This document shows, one piece after another, positions 26,908-34,226 of a DNA stretch of 34,576 bases. Location: the NCBI GenBank assembly GCA_036786925.1, contig DAIQQI010000002.1, forward strand, positions 1 to 34,576, in the 5' to 3' direction. The notes under the pieces are model-generated. The model saw nothing but the letters and a program-made list of their open reading frames with translations, made no database searches and had not been told where the DNA came from. Position numbers and translations under genes: made by a program. The number at the start of each line of letters is the position of its first letter. Within the stretch, counting starts at the first letter, position 1. Origin of the DNA: Steroidobacteraceae bacterium (GTDB lineage: Bacteria; Pseudomonadota; Gammaproteobacteria; Steroidobacterales; Steroidobacteraceae).

Positions 26908-27590
26908 GTGGGCGCTCCTTCACTGACAACCCGGCCATCGACCAGCTTCACGACCCGGTCCACGACCGACACCATGCTGGCGTCATGCGTCACCATCACC
27001 GTGGCGACCTTGTGCGCGTGGCACTGCTGCGCCAGCAGCTCGACGATTTCGCGGCCGCGCCCCTGGTCCAGCATCGAGGTGGGCTCGTCCACCAGCAGCA
27101 GCGCCGGGTTGCCCATCAGCGCGCGGGCAATGCCGACACGCTGGCGCTCGCCACCCGACAGCTGTGCCGGCTTGCGAGTGGCGCGGTTCTCCATGCCAAC
27201 CTCGGCTAACAGACGCAGCGCCTCAGTGCGCGCCTTGCCGTGCGTGCCTTCGCCGTTCAGGTGCGCTACCAGCAGCAGCTGGTCGAGCGCGGTCAGCGAC
27301 GGCACGAGGTTCGACTGCTGAAACACGAAGCCGATGCGTTGCCGGCGGATCCGCGCCAGCTCGGAGTCGCTCAGATCGCCGAGGTTCACGCCACCCACGG
27401 TGACGCTGCCACTGCTGGCGCGCCGCAACCCGCCGCAGATCGCCAGCAGGCTCGACTTGCCGGCGCCGGACGGCCCCATGATCGCGACCATTTCGCCGGC
27501 CGAGACGTGGATATTCACGTTGTTGAGTATCGTCGCCTGTGCCTCGCCGTCGCCTAACAACAGCGAGATGTTCTGCGCCGCGAGCGTCAT
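26904..27590 (-). CDS. ABC transporter ATP-binding protein (MacB/LolD/FtsE type)
   Basis: ORF 26904..28172, but the real start is ATG 27590, which overlaps the permease stop (ATGA). It has Walker A (GPSGAGKSS), the signature LSGGERQR, and Walker B (LLLVDEPT). Confidence 0.9.
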   Translation of the reverse strand: MTLAAQNISLLLGDGEAQATILNNVNIHVSAGEMVAIMGPSGAGKSSLLAICGGLRRASSGSVTVGGVNLGDLSDSELARIRRQRIGFVFQQSNLVPSLTALDQLLLVAHLNGEGTHGKARTEALRLLAEVGMENRATRKPAQLSGGERQRVGIARALMGNPALLLVDEPTSMLDQGRGREIVELLAQQCHAHKVATVMVTHDASMVSVVDRVVKLVDGRVVSEGAPT

Positions 27591-28723
27591 CGGTCTCTCC
27601 CGAGCGCGATGATCGGCTCGATCTTGACGATGCGCCGCAGCGCGAACATCGCGCCGGCCAGGCCGGCGCCGATCAGCAGCAGCGAGCTGCCGACGACATT
27701 GCCGGTCGTGAGCTCGAACACCGAGCCGCGCGCCTCGAATGCGCTGGTGGTCCCGAAGGCCGCGAGCACGCCGATCCCGGTTGCGAACACCAGCACCAGC
27801 AGGACCTGGCTGAGCGCATCCCTGACCAGGTAGCCGTTGTCGGCGCCGAGCGCCTTGACCAGCCCGATCTCGGCGGTGCGCTGGATGGTCCAGATGGAAA
27901 AGAACGCACCTAACACGACTACGCAGGTCGCGATCAGGAAGAATTGCATCAGCCGCACGGTGAAGATTTCCGCGCTGTAGCCCGAGGTGCCGTCGTAGGA
28001 CTGCTCCTTGGTCATGGTCTTCGTGCCGATCTCCCGGTCGTGCGCCTTGATATCGACGCTGGCGTCCGGGTCGATCGCCAGCGCAATCGTGGTGGCGGCG
28101 GTGAAGATCGCCTCCGGCAGCGTATCGCCCGGCGGCGCGCCACCGGGGGGGCCGTAATTGGCCTCCTGCCATTTGCGCAACGGGACATAGGCGACGGGCG
28201 CGTGGCTGACCGCGACAGCCTCGGTGATGCCCACGACCTTGAACTCTGTCAGCACGCGATCGATCGTGATCGTGTCGCCGATCTTGACGTGCTTGTCCAG
28301 CGCGATCTTGCGTGAGATGACCATCGCGTTGGGCGCGGCCGAGAGGCCCTGGCCTTCAACAACCCTGGGTTCCGCAAATGAGCCTGGCACGACCCCCCAG
28401 AACGCGATATCGACCGGCGCGCCCTGCGCATCACGCGCATTCGCCAGCGAGTGGCCGATCGGCGTTGCCTTGACGCCGGGCACACCCGCCCATTTTTCCC
28501 AGGTCTCCTTGTCCAGCATGCTGTTCTGGTAGTCGGGCCGCGTGGAGTTCTCGAACGCCATGTGGGTCGCGGGCAGCTGCTGCAGCGCGGACACGCAGTC
28601 CTTGATGAGGCCGAATATCAGGCCGCCTAACACGACCACCAGGAACGCCACCAGTGTGACCACCAGGGCCATCAGGCCGAAGCGGCCCTTGGCATGCAGC
28701 ATGTCGCGCCACGCAAGGAACAT
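27587..28723 (-). CDS. ABC transporter permease, FtsX/MacB-like
   Basis: 378 aa. It has TM1, a periplasmic domain of about 200 aa, and three C-terminal TM helices (the FtsX domain layout). Its start overlaps the upstream stop by 1 nt (TGATG). Confidence 0.85.
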   Translation of the reverse strand: MFLAWRDMLHAKGRFGLMALVVTLVAFLVVVLGGLIFGLIKDCVSALQQLPATHMAFENSTRPDYQNSMLDKETWEKWAGVPGVKATPIGHSLANARDAQGAPVDIAFWGVVPGSFAEPRVVEGQGLSAAPNAMVISRKIALDKHVKIGDTITIDRVLTEFKVVGITEAVAVSHAPVAYVPLRKWQEANYGPPGGAPPGDTLPEAIFTAATTIALAIDPDASVDIKAHDREIGTKTMTKEQSYDGTSGYSAEIFTVRLMQFFLIATCVVVLGAFFSIWTIQRTAEIGLVKALGADNGYLVRDALSQVLLVLVFATGIGVLAAFGTTSAFEARGSVFELTTGNVVGSSLLLIGAGLAGAMFALRRIVKIEPIIALGRDR

Positions 28724-29466
28724 CAGAATTTCTCCAGCACAGAGCCGCAGCCCTGGATCTTGTCCGGGATTCCTGAGCGCCGCAAGGCGTCCCAGTAGGT
28801 AATGGCATTGATAGCTAACACCGGTTTGCCGAACCAGAGTTCGGCCTCTGCGGCGAGCCGTATTGCAGCGAGGTTGGTGCCCACCTGGACCAGCGCGTCG
28901 ACATCATCGCCGTTCAGCGCGCGCAGCGCGTCGATGACCTGCTGCTCGGTGGTATGCGCGATCAGCGTTGGCGAGGCGCACTTGAGGCCGGTCAGGCGCT
29001 TGACCGCGAATCCCGCTTCTTCGAAGTAGGTGCGCACCTGTTCATCGCCGCGCGGCTGGTGCGGCGTCAGCACCGCGATGCGCGTGGCGCCCAGCAGCTT
29101 GAGCGCCGCGCGCGTCGCAGTGGAACCCATGGAGATGCCGACGCCGGCGCGTTCTGTCAGCTCCTTCTGCAATTCGTCGGCGGCCTTGGCGCCGCCCCAG
29201 AACGCCTCGAGCGCCACGCCCATGATCACGTGCGTGGGCTGACAGGTCACGATCTGGTCGATGCCTGCGCGCATGCCATCGCGCATCAGCTGCACATGTT
29301 CCATGAAAGCCTGCTCGGTGGTGAGCGGACGTTCCCTGATGGTGATGCGCCCGGTGTGATTGGTGACGCCCCGGGGGCGCAGCATTTCGCATTCCGGCTG
29401 GCACGAGGTGTTGGTCGACGGCACGACGATGGCGATGCGAGCGCGATATCCGAGTTGATCAGTCAT
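28723..29466 (-). CDS. Asp/Glu/hydantoin racemase superfamily protein (maleate isomerase / arylmalonate decarboxylase-like)
   Basis: 247 aa. It has the N-terminal IAIVVPSTNT block and VAVLTP-type and DALV....N blocks typical of the family. By hand alignment, both positions that hold the catalytic Cys in maleate isomerase are non-Cys here. Its start overlaps the SDR stop (ATGA). Confidence 0.65.
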   Translation of the reverse strand: MTDQLGYRARIAIVVPSTNTSCQPECEMLRPRGVTNHTGRITIRERPLTTEQAFMEHVQLMRDGMRAGIDQIVTCQPTHVIMGVALEAFWGGAKAADELQKELTERAGVGISMGSTATRAALKLLGATRIAVLTPHQPRGDEQVRTYFEEAGFAVKRLTGLKCASPTLIAHTTEQQVIDALRALNGDDVDALVQVGTNLAAIRLAAEAELWFGKPVLAINAITYWDALRRSGIPDKIQGCGSVLEKF

Positions 29467-30251
29467 GGCGTCTTGACGCTGCCTCCGTCCAGTGTGATCG
29501 AGGTGCCGGTGGTGTGGCCGGCGAGTTCCGATGCCAGGAACAACACCTGCGCCGCCACCTGTTCGGCGCTGCCCAGTTTGCGCAGCGCAGATTTCGCGAG
29601 AAACGGCGCCTCGACATCAGCCACGGTACGCTTCTCCTGCGCAGCGATGTCAGCCATCTGCTGGTCCCAGCGGCTCGAGCGGACCGGTCCGGGGTTCACG
29701 GCGTTGATGCAAATCCCCTGCGGCCCCACTTCCTCCGCCAGTCCACGCACGATGGCTAACAAGGCCGAATTCGCCGCCGCCCCCGGCAGCATCCTGGGCT
29801 CCGGCAATTTCGCCGAGTTGCCGACGATCACCACAATGCGCCCGGCGCGACGCGCCTGCATGCCGGGCAGCGCAGCCCGCAGCAGCCGAATCGTTCCGAA
29901 CAACTTCAATTCGAGATTACGCTTCCAGTCGGCGTCGGATAAGTCCGTAAAAATACCGCCCTGTGCATTGCCGGCTGCGCACACCAGCACATCGATGGGT
30001 CCGCCTTGTCGCACGGCGCCGGCAATCGCCGCATCGGTGCTGGCCGCGTCGGTCAGGTCAGATTGAATGCCGTCGACGACCTGGCCGCCGGCGCTGGTCA
30101 GTTCGCGCACCAGCGCCGCGAGTTTTTCCAGCGACCGGCCTAACAAACTGAGGCGCGCGCCTTCGGTCGCGAACGCGCGGGCGCAGGCTGCGCCCAGGCC
30201 GCCGGTCGCGCCGGCGATCAGCACATGCCGGTCGCGTAATTTAAGATCCAT
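29463..30251 (-). CDS. SDR family oxidoreductase
   Basis: ORF 29463..30353. ATG 30251 has AAGGAG upstream. It has the cofactor motif GATGGLG, an NAG motif, and a classical SDR length of 262 aa. Confidence 0.85.
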   Translation of the reverse strand: MDLKLRDRHVLIAGATGGLGAACARAFATEGARLSLLGRSLEKLAALVRELTSAGGQVVDGIQSDLTDAASTDAAIAGAVRQGGPIDVLVCAAGNAQGGIFTDLSDADWKRNLELKLFGTIRLLRAALPGMQARRAGRIVVIVGNSAKLPEPRMLPGAAANSALLAIVRGLAEEVGPQGICINAVNPGPVRSSRWDQQMADIAAQEKRTVADVEAPFLAKSALRKLGSAEQVAAQVLFLASELAGHTTGTSITLDGGSVKTP

Positions 30252-30265
30252 GCTCAGGGGCTCCT

Positions 30266-31279
30266 TCAGCGGCTGCGGGCGAGGGCGGCGCCGGCGCCTA
30301 ACGCGCGCAGCTTGGCGCGCGCCAGGTCGGCGGGCAGCGGCGCCATGCCGCAATTGGTACAGGGTACAAGTCTTTCACGATCCACGTGTTTGAGCGCGGC
30401 GCCGATATTGGCCGCAACCTCGGCCGCGGTTTCCAGCTTTCCCGGCAGGACTTCGACCGCGCCGACCAGCAGCTCCTTGTCTTTCAGCAGCCGCAGCACC
30501 TCATGCGGCACTTTGGAGCCGGCGAACTCGACCGATACCGCCTGCACGCTGCTCGCGTTGATCCAGGGAAAAATGGCCTCGTATTGCCGCCAGCTGTCGC
30601 CCAGGGTGCTCTTCCACTTGATGTTAGCTTCGATGCCGTAGCCGTAGCAGATATGCACGACCGTCTTCGCCTTCAGGCCGCGCATCGCGCGCTCCAGCGC
30701 CGGCAGGCCCCAGTCGCGCACCTCGTCGATGAAAACGTTGAAGGCCGGTTCGTCGAACTGGATCACGTCCGCGCCCGCGGCCTCGATCTGCAGCGCTTCC
30801 TGGTTGAGCAGCTCCGCAAACTTCATGGCCATGTCGGCGCGCGAGCTGTAGTAACTGTTAGCAATCGTGTCGCAGATCGTCATCGGGCCGGGCAGGGTGA
30901 TCTTCAGTTGCCGCGCTGTCTGTGCCCGCATATAGGCGGCATCGGCGACGTGCACCGGCGACGGGCGTGCCAGCGCGGCAACCACCGTGGGCACTTCCGC
31001 CTCGTAACGGTTGTTGCGAATGCCCATGCGCGTCTTGCGGTTCCAGTCGATGCCCTGGATGTTCTCGAGGAAACCGTGCACGAAGTGCACGCGAAACTGC
31101 TCGCCATCGCCCACGATGTCGATCCCGGCGGCTTCCTGTTCGCGCAGCCACTCGAGTGCGGCTCGTTGCTTGCCCTGCTGCAACGCGTCGCCGGCGAGAC
31201 GCCAGGGCGCCCAGATCTTTTCGGGCTCGGCCAGCCAGTCCGGTTTTGGAAGGCTGCCGACGGTGGTGGTTTTGAGCAC
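30266..31279 (-). CDS. Single-barrel cobalamin-independent methionine synthase family protein ('core' MetE-like)
   Basis: 337 aa with a GTG start at 31279. TTTVGSLPKP, GDGEQ.R, DEPA, HICYG and NCGM are blocks of the MetE C-terminal barrel type, including the Zn-ligand contexts. It is the first gene of the operon. Confidence 0.75.
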   Translation of the reverse strand: MLKTTTVGSLPKPDWLAEPEKIWAPWRLAGDALQQGKQRAALEWLREQEAAGIDIVGDGEQFRVHFVHGFLENIQGIDWNRKTRMGIRNNRYEAEVPTVVAALARPSPVHVADAAYMRAQTARQLKITLPGPMTICDTIANSYYSSRADMAMKFAELLNQEALQIEAAGADVIQFDEPAFNVFIDEVRDWGLPALERAMRGLKAKTVVHICYGYGIEANIKWKSTLGDSWRQYEAIFPWINASSVQAVSVEFAGSKVPHEVLRLLKDKELLVGAVEVLPGKLETAAEVAANIGAALKHVDRERLVPCTNCGMAPLPADLARAKLRALGAGAALARSR

Positions 31280-31431
31280 GCAATACGATCCGGTGAGCGA
31301 CGCGAACAGCGAACGCGAATCGTAAACGACTGGGGCGGAGGTACCCGACCGCAGCTTGGTTGGCAGAGAGAGGATTGGTTGGGCGCCGCCCGGGAGTCCG
31401 TTCCCGAAGTCAGCGCGTCATCAGGCCATCC

Positions 31432-31458
31432 GTGGCCAAGTGGCCGGTCCTTGGCCAC
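31432..31458. promoter_or_regulatory. Perfect 9-bp inverted repeat GTGGCCAAG-N9-CTTGGCCAC at the start of the operon leader
   Basis: Read directly from the sequence. It lies just downstream of the predicted operon promoter. It could be a 5' RNA stem-loop or a protein operator. Confidence 0.4.
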
Positions 31459-31468
31459 CTGTGGGTGA

Positions 31469-31497
31469 ATATTTAGCCAGCCGACTTGCATTGTCAA
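31469..31497 (-). promoter_or_regulatory. Candidate sigma70-type promoter of the metE-like operon
   Basis: On the minus strand there is a perfect TTGACA (31497-31492), then 16-17 nt, then the A/T-rich TAAATAT (31475-31469). This implies a leader of about 180 nt before GTG 31279. Confidence 0.4.
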
Positions 31498-31515
31498 GCT
31501 TTTGTACAGTATAAA
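31486..31515 (+). promoter_or_regulatory. Candidate promoter of the carH-like gene
   Basis: TTGCAT (31486-31491), 18 nt, TATAAA (31510-31515). It lies in the only strongly AT-rich stretch of the intergenic region. Confidence 0.3.
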
Positions 31516-31535
31516 ACTAAATATAAGGTGTACAA
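31502..31535. promoter_or_regulatory. Inverted repeat TTGTACA-N20-TGTACAA (candidate operator)
   Basis: Two perfect 7-bp arms at 31502-31508 and 31529-31535. They overlap the carH-like promoter and RBS, immediately upstream of the operon -35. Confidence 0.35.
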
Positions 31536-31536
31536 C

Positions 31537-32436
31537 ATGGCTGAATTTTCGATAAAGGCCACCGCCAAGGCGACTGGCCTGACCGTCGAGACCCTCAGGG
31601 CCTGGGAACGGCGTTACGAGGCCGTACTGCCCAGTCGTGATGTCGCGGGCAGGCGCGGCTACTCGTCTGCTGACATCGCGCGCCTGCGGTTGCTGCGGTC
31701 CGCAACCGAGTTGGGGCACCCCATTTCGAAGGTCGCAAAGATGCCGCCGGATGAATTGGCGAAGCTGGTCAGCGATGCCGGAGGTTTGGCGCGGATTACC
31801 GCGCGCGGTCAGAGCTTCGTGCAACGCGCGCTCGATGCCGCGGAGCACTCGGATTCGATCGGCGTCGAAGAGACACTGATGTCGGCGATGGCAGTGCTGC
31901 CGCCGCACGAAGTAGCGGGCAGCGTGATCACTCCGCTGCTGATCGAAGTTGGCGATCGCTGGCACCGCGGCCAGTTGCGTATCTCCCAGGAACACATGGT
32001 CACCGACATCGTACGGCGCCTGGTGACCAATGCGTCGCGCAGCTATTTCATCGCGGAAAACGCGCCTTGCCTGATGCTGACGACCTTGAGCGGCGAGCGT
32101 CACGAGCTGGGGCTCATGCTGTGCCTGTGGCTTGCTGCAGCGCGCCGCTGCCGTACCCATTACCTCGGCCCGGACACCCCCGTGCCTGACATCGTGGAGT
32201 ACGCGCGTGACGTCGAGGCGGACGCGGTTCTGCTGTCGATGGTCATGTCCGAGATGGACGTCCCGGCCAGGACGCAGCTCGGCCTGCTGGCCGCGCAATT
32301 GCAGCCGAATACCGAGATCTGGGTTGGCGGTCGGGCCGCGCAGACCATGCGCGAAGACCAGGTGCCGCTGGGCGTGGTCTTGCTGCCGTCGCTAACAGAC
32401 TACGAGCAGCGGCTCGACACGCTTATGGTTAAGTAG
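31537..32436 (+). CDS. CarH/LitR-type MerR family regulator with cobalamin-binding domain
   Basis: ORF 31486..32436. ATG 31537 has AAGGTG upstream. It has an N-terminal MerR HTH (ATAKATGLTVETLRAWERRY). The helical cap carries Wx9EH (W-HRGQLRISQ-EH). The Rossmann B12 domain has GERHELG (ExHxxG), LLSMV (SxL) and VGG. Confidence 0.75.
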   Translation: MAEFSIKATAKATGLTVETLRAWERRYEAVLPSRDVAGRRGYSSADIARLRLLRSATELGHPISKVAKMPPDELAKLVSDAGGLARITARGQSFVQRALDAAEHSDSIGVEETLMSAMAVLPPHEVAGSVITPLLIEVGDRWHRGQLRISQEHMVTDIVRRLVTNASRSYFIAENAPCLMLTTLSGERHELGLMLCLWLAAARRCRTHYLGPDTPVPDIVEYARDVEADAVLLSMVMSEMDVPARTQLGLLAAQLQPNTEIWVGGRAAQTMREDQVPLGVVLLPSLTDYEQRLDTLMVK

Positions 32437-32512
32437 CGCGCGTCAACCGACAACGCGCTCGCGCGTTTCCCTGATAGCGGTAGAATCGGGCTGCCGCTCA
32501 GGGAGGCGACCT

Positions 32513-34210
32513 ATGGCACGCAGCAGCAAGATTGCGCAACTCGCAATAGCCGGATTTTTGGCCTTGGTCGCCGGTTGTGGCGGCGGTGGCGGCGCGAGTT
32601 CGCCACCACCCCCGGTACCGCCGCCGCCGATCAGCAAGATCGAGGCGTATCGTTTTCTCAATCAGGCCACTTTCGGCGCAACCGAAGCCGAGGCCCAGCG
32701 CCTGATCGCGTTAGGTGACAGCACCAACAGCTACTCGCGCTGGCTGGACGAACAATTCGCCAAGGCGCCTTCGACCCAGTTGCCGACCGTAGCCGCAGCG
32801 GTACCCAACCCGATTCCGGTCGGCTTCAATATCGGCTCGCTGCAGGCGCAACGGGTCGAGGCCTGGTTCCAGAATTCCCTGAATGGCGACGACCAGTTGC
32901 GCCAGCGCGTGGCCTTCGCGCTGTCCGAGATCATGGTTGTGTCGCAGGTCGGTGCGCTGGCGAATTTCCCGTTGTCGCTGGCTGATTATTACGACATGTT
33001 AGCGCGCGACGCCTTCGGCGATTATCGCAAGCTGCTCGAAGACGTGACGCTGCACGTGTCGATGGGCATTTATCTGTCGATGCTGGGCAACCAGAAGCCG
33101 AATCCGACGCTCAATATCCGGCCCGACGAAAACTACGCGCGCGAACTGATGCAGCTGTTCAGTATCGGCCTGGTCGAACTCAACACCGACGGCACGCCGC
33201 GCCTCGTGAACAGCCAGGCGGTTTCAACCTATGACCAGTCGATCATCGAAGGCTTTGCTAACGTGTACACGGGCTGGCGCTACGCCGGTGGCACATCGTT
33301 CGCCAATGCGGGGCGCGCCACGTTGACCAACCAGGTGCAGCCGATGCAGGCCTACGCGGAGCAGCACTCCACCGGTACCAAGAAGCTGTTGAGTTACGCC
33401 GGCGCCGCGGTGACGACAATTCCTGCGGGGCAGACGCCGGCCCAGGATCTGGCCAATGCGCTCGACAACATCTTCAATCACCCCAATGTCGGGCCGTTCA
33501 TCTCGAAACAGCTGATCCAGAAACTGGTGACCAGCAATCCAAGCCCGGCGTACGTCGCACGCGTTGCCGCCGTCGTCAACAGCGACAGCCAGGGCCGCCG
33601 CGGCAACCTGCAATCGGTCATCCGCGCCATTTTGCTGGATAGCGACGCGCGCTCGGCGCCAACTGCGCAGACCGCGGGTAAGATCAAGGAGCCGCTGCTG
33701 CGGCTGACCCAGCTGTGGCGCGCCTACGGCGCGCGCGCCGCGAGCGGCAAATATACGGCTGCGGCGACCGGCGGTCCGTCGGCGACGTTCGCGCAGGGGC
33801 CGCTGCAATCCGGCTCCGTGTTCAATTTCTTCAGTCCGTTTTATGCGCCCACCGGCGAGATTGCCAACCAGAACCTGGTCGCGCCCGAGATGCAGCTGGC
33901 GACTGAGTACAACAACACGCAGTTCATCAATTTCTTCTGGGTGCAGGCTATCGCCCGCACCACGGCGCAGACCGGCCTGGGAGCGGATGTGGTGGTCATC
34001 GACACCACGCAGGAACAGGCGGTCGCCAATGATTCCGAAGCCCTGGTGAACCGGGTCGCGGAAAAATTGTTAGGCGGGCAGATATCCGCTGAACTGAAAG
34101 CAAGCGTCAAGACCCAGGTCGATCGGACCGCGACCACCGTGCCTAACACCCGGGTGGCCGACGCGATATACCTGATCTCTACAGCGCCTGAATTCGTGCT
34201 GCAGCGCTAA
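32513..34210 (+). CDS. DUF1800 domain lipoprotein
   Basis: 565 aa. GGAGG lies upstream. It has a lipobox (LVAGCGG) and a Pro-rich linker. The FLNQATFG and NENYARELMELFT-like (NYARELMQLFSIG) blocks are typical of DUF1800. Confidence 0.8.
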   Translation: MARSSKIAQLAIAGFLALVAGCGGGGGASSPPPPVPPPPISKIEAYRFLNQATFGATEAEAQRLIALGDSTNSYSRWLDEQFAKAPSTQLPTVAAAVPNPIPVGFNIGSLQAQRVEAWFQNSLNGDDQLRQRVAFALSEIMVVSQVGALANFPLSLADYYDMLARDAFGDYRKLLEDVTLHVSMGIYLSMLGNQKPNPTLNIRPDENYARELMQLFSIGLVELNTDGTPRLVNSQAVSTYDQSIIEGFANVYTGWRYAGGTSFANAGRATLTNQVQPMQAYAEQHSTGTKKLLSYAGAAVTTIPAGQTPAQDLANALDNIFNHPNVGPFISKQLIQKLVTSNPSPAYVARVAAVVNSDSQGRRGNLQSVIRAILLDSDARSAPTAQTAGKIKEPLLRLTQLWRAYGARAASGKYTAAATGGPSATFAQGPLQSGSVFNFFSPFYAPTGEIANQNLVAPEMQLATEYNNTQFINFFWVQAIARTTAQTGLGADVVVIDTTQEQAVANDSEALVNRVAEKLLGGQISAELKASVKTQVDRTATTVPNTRVADAIYLISTAPEFVLQR

Positions 34211-34226
34211 AGGACGGAGAACAGTC

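Noticed and set aside
27591-28172. An N-terminal extension of the ABC ATPase ORF (26904..28172, 422 aa as listed).
   Set aside because: The extension overlaps the permease gene in another frame and is Arg/Gly/Pro-rich. The conserved ATPase begins at MTLAAQNISLL (ATG 27590), which overlaps the permease stop.
25966-30066. Other long antisense ORFs (25966..26883 on plus, 305 aa; 28954..30066 on plus, 370 aa).
   Set aside because: They are shadow ORFs opposite the CbiX-like, racemase-like and SDR genes, with no family motifs.
31280-31470. A possible cobalamin riboswitch upstream of the metE-like gene.
   Set aside because: I could not find an ordered GGGAA...GCCACTG...B12-box (AGYCMGGAGACCKGCC) arrangement. 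The only B12-box-like string (GGCCAAGGACCGGCC, minus sense) sits at the 5' end of the leader, not the 3' end. This needs an Infernal scan to settle, so it is kept only as an open question in the findings.
30386-32298. Long overlapping ORFs (30386..31468 on plus, 360 aa; 30904..32298 on minus, 464 aa) spanning the metE-like gene, the promoter region and the carH-like gene.
   Set aside because: They run antisense to well-supported genes and straight through the AT-rich promoter region. Their composition is Arg/Pro/Ala-rich junk typical of off-frame translation at high G+C.
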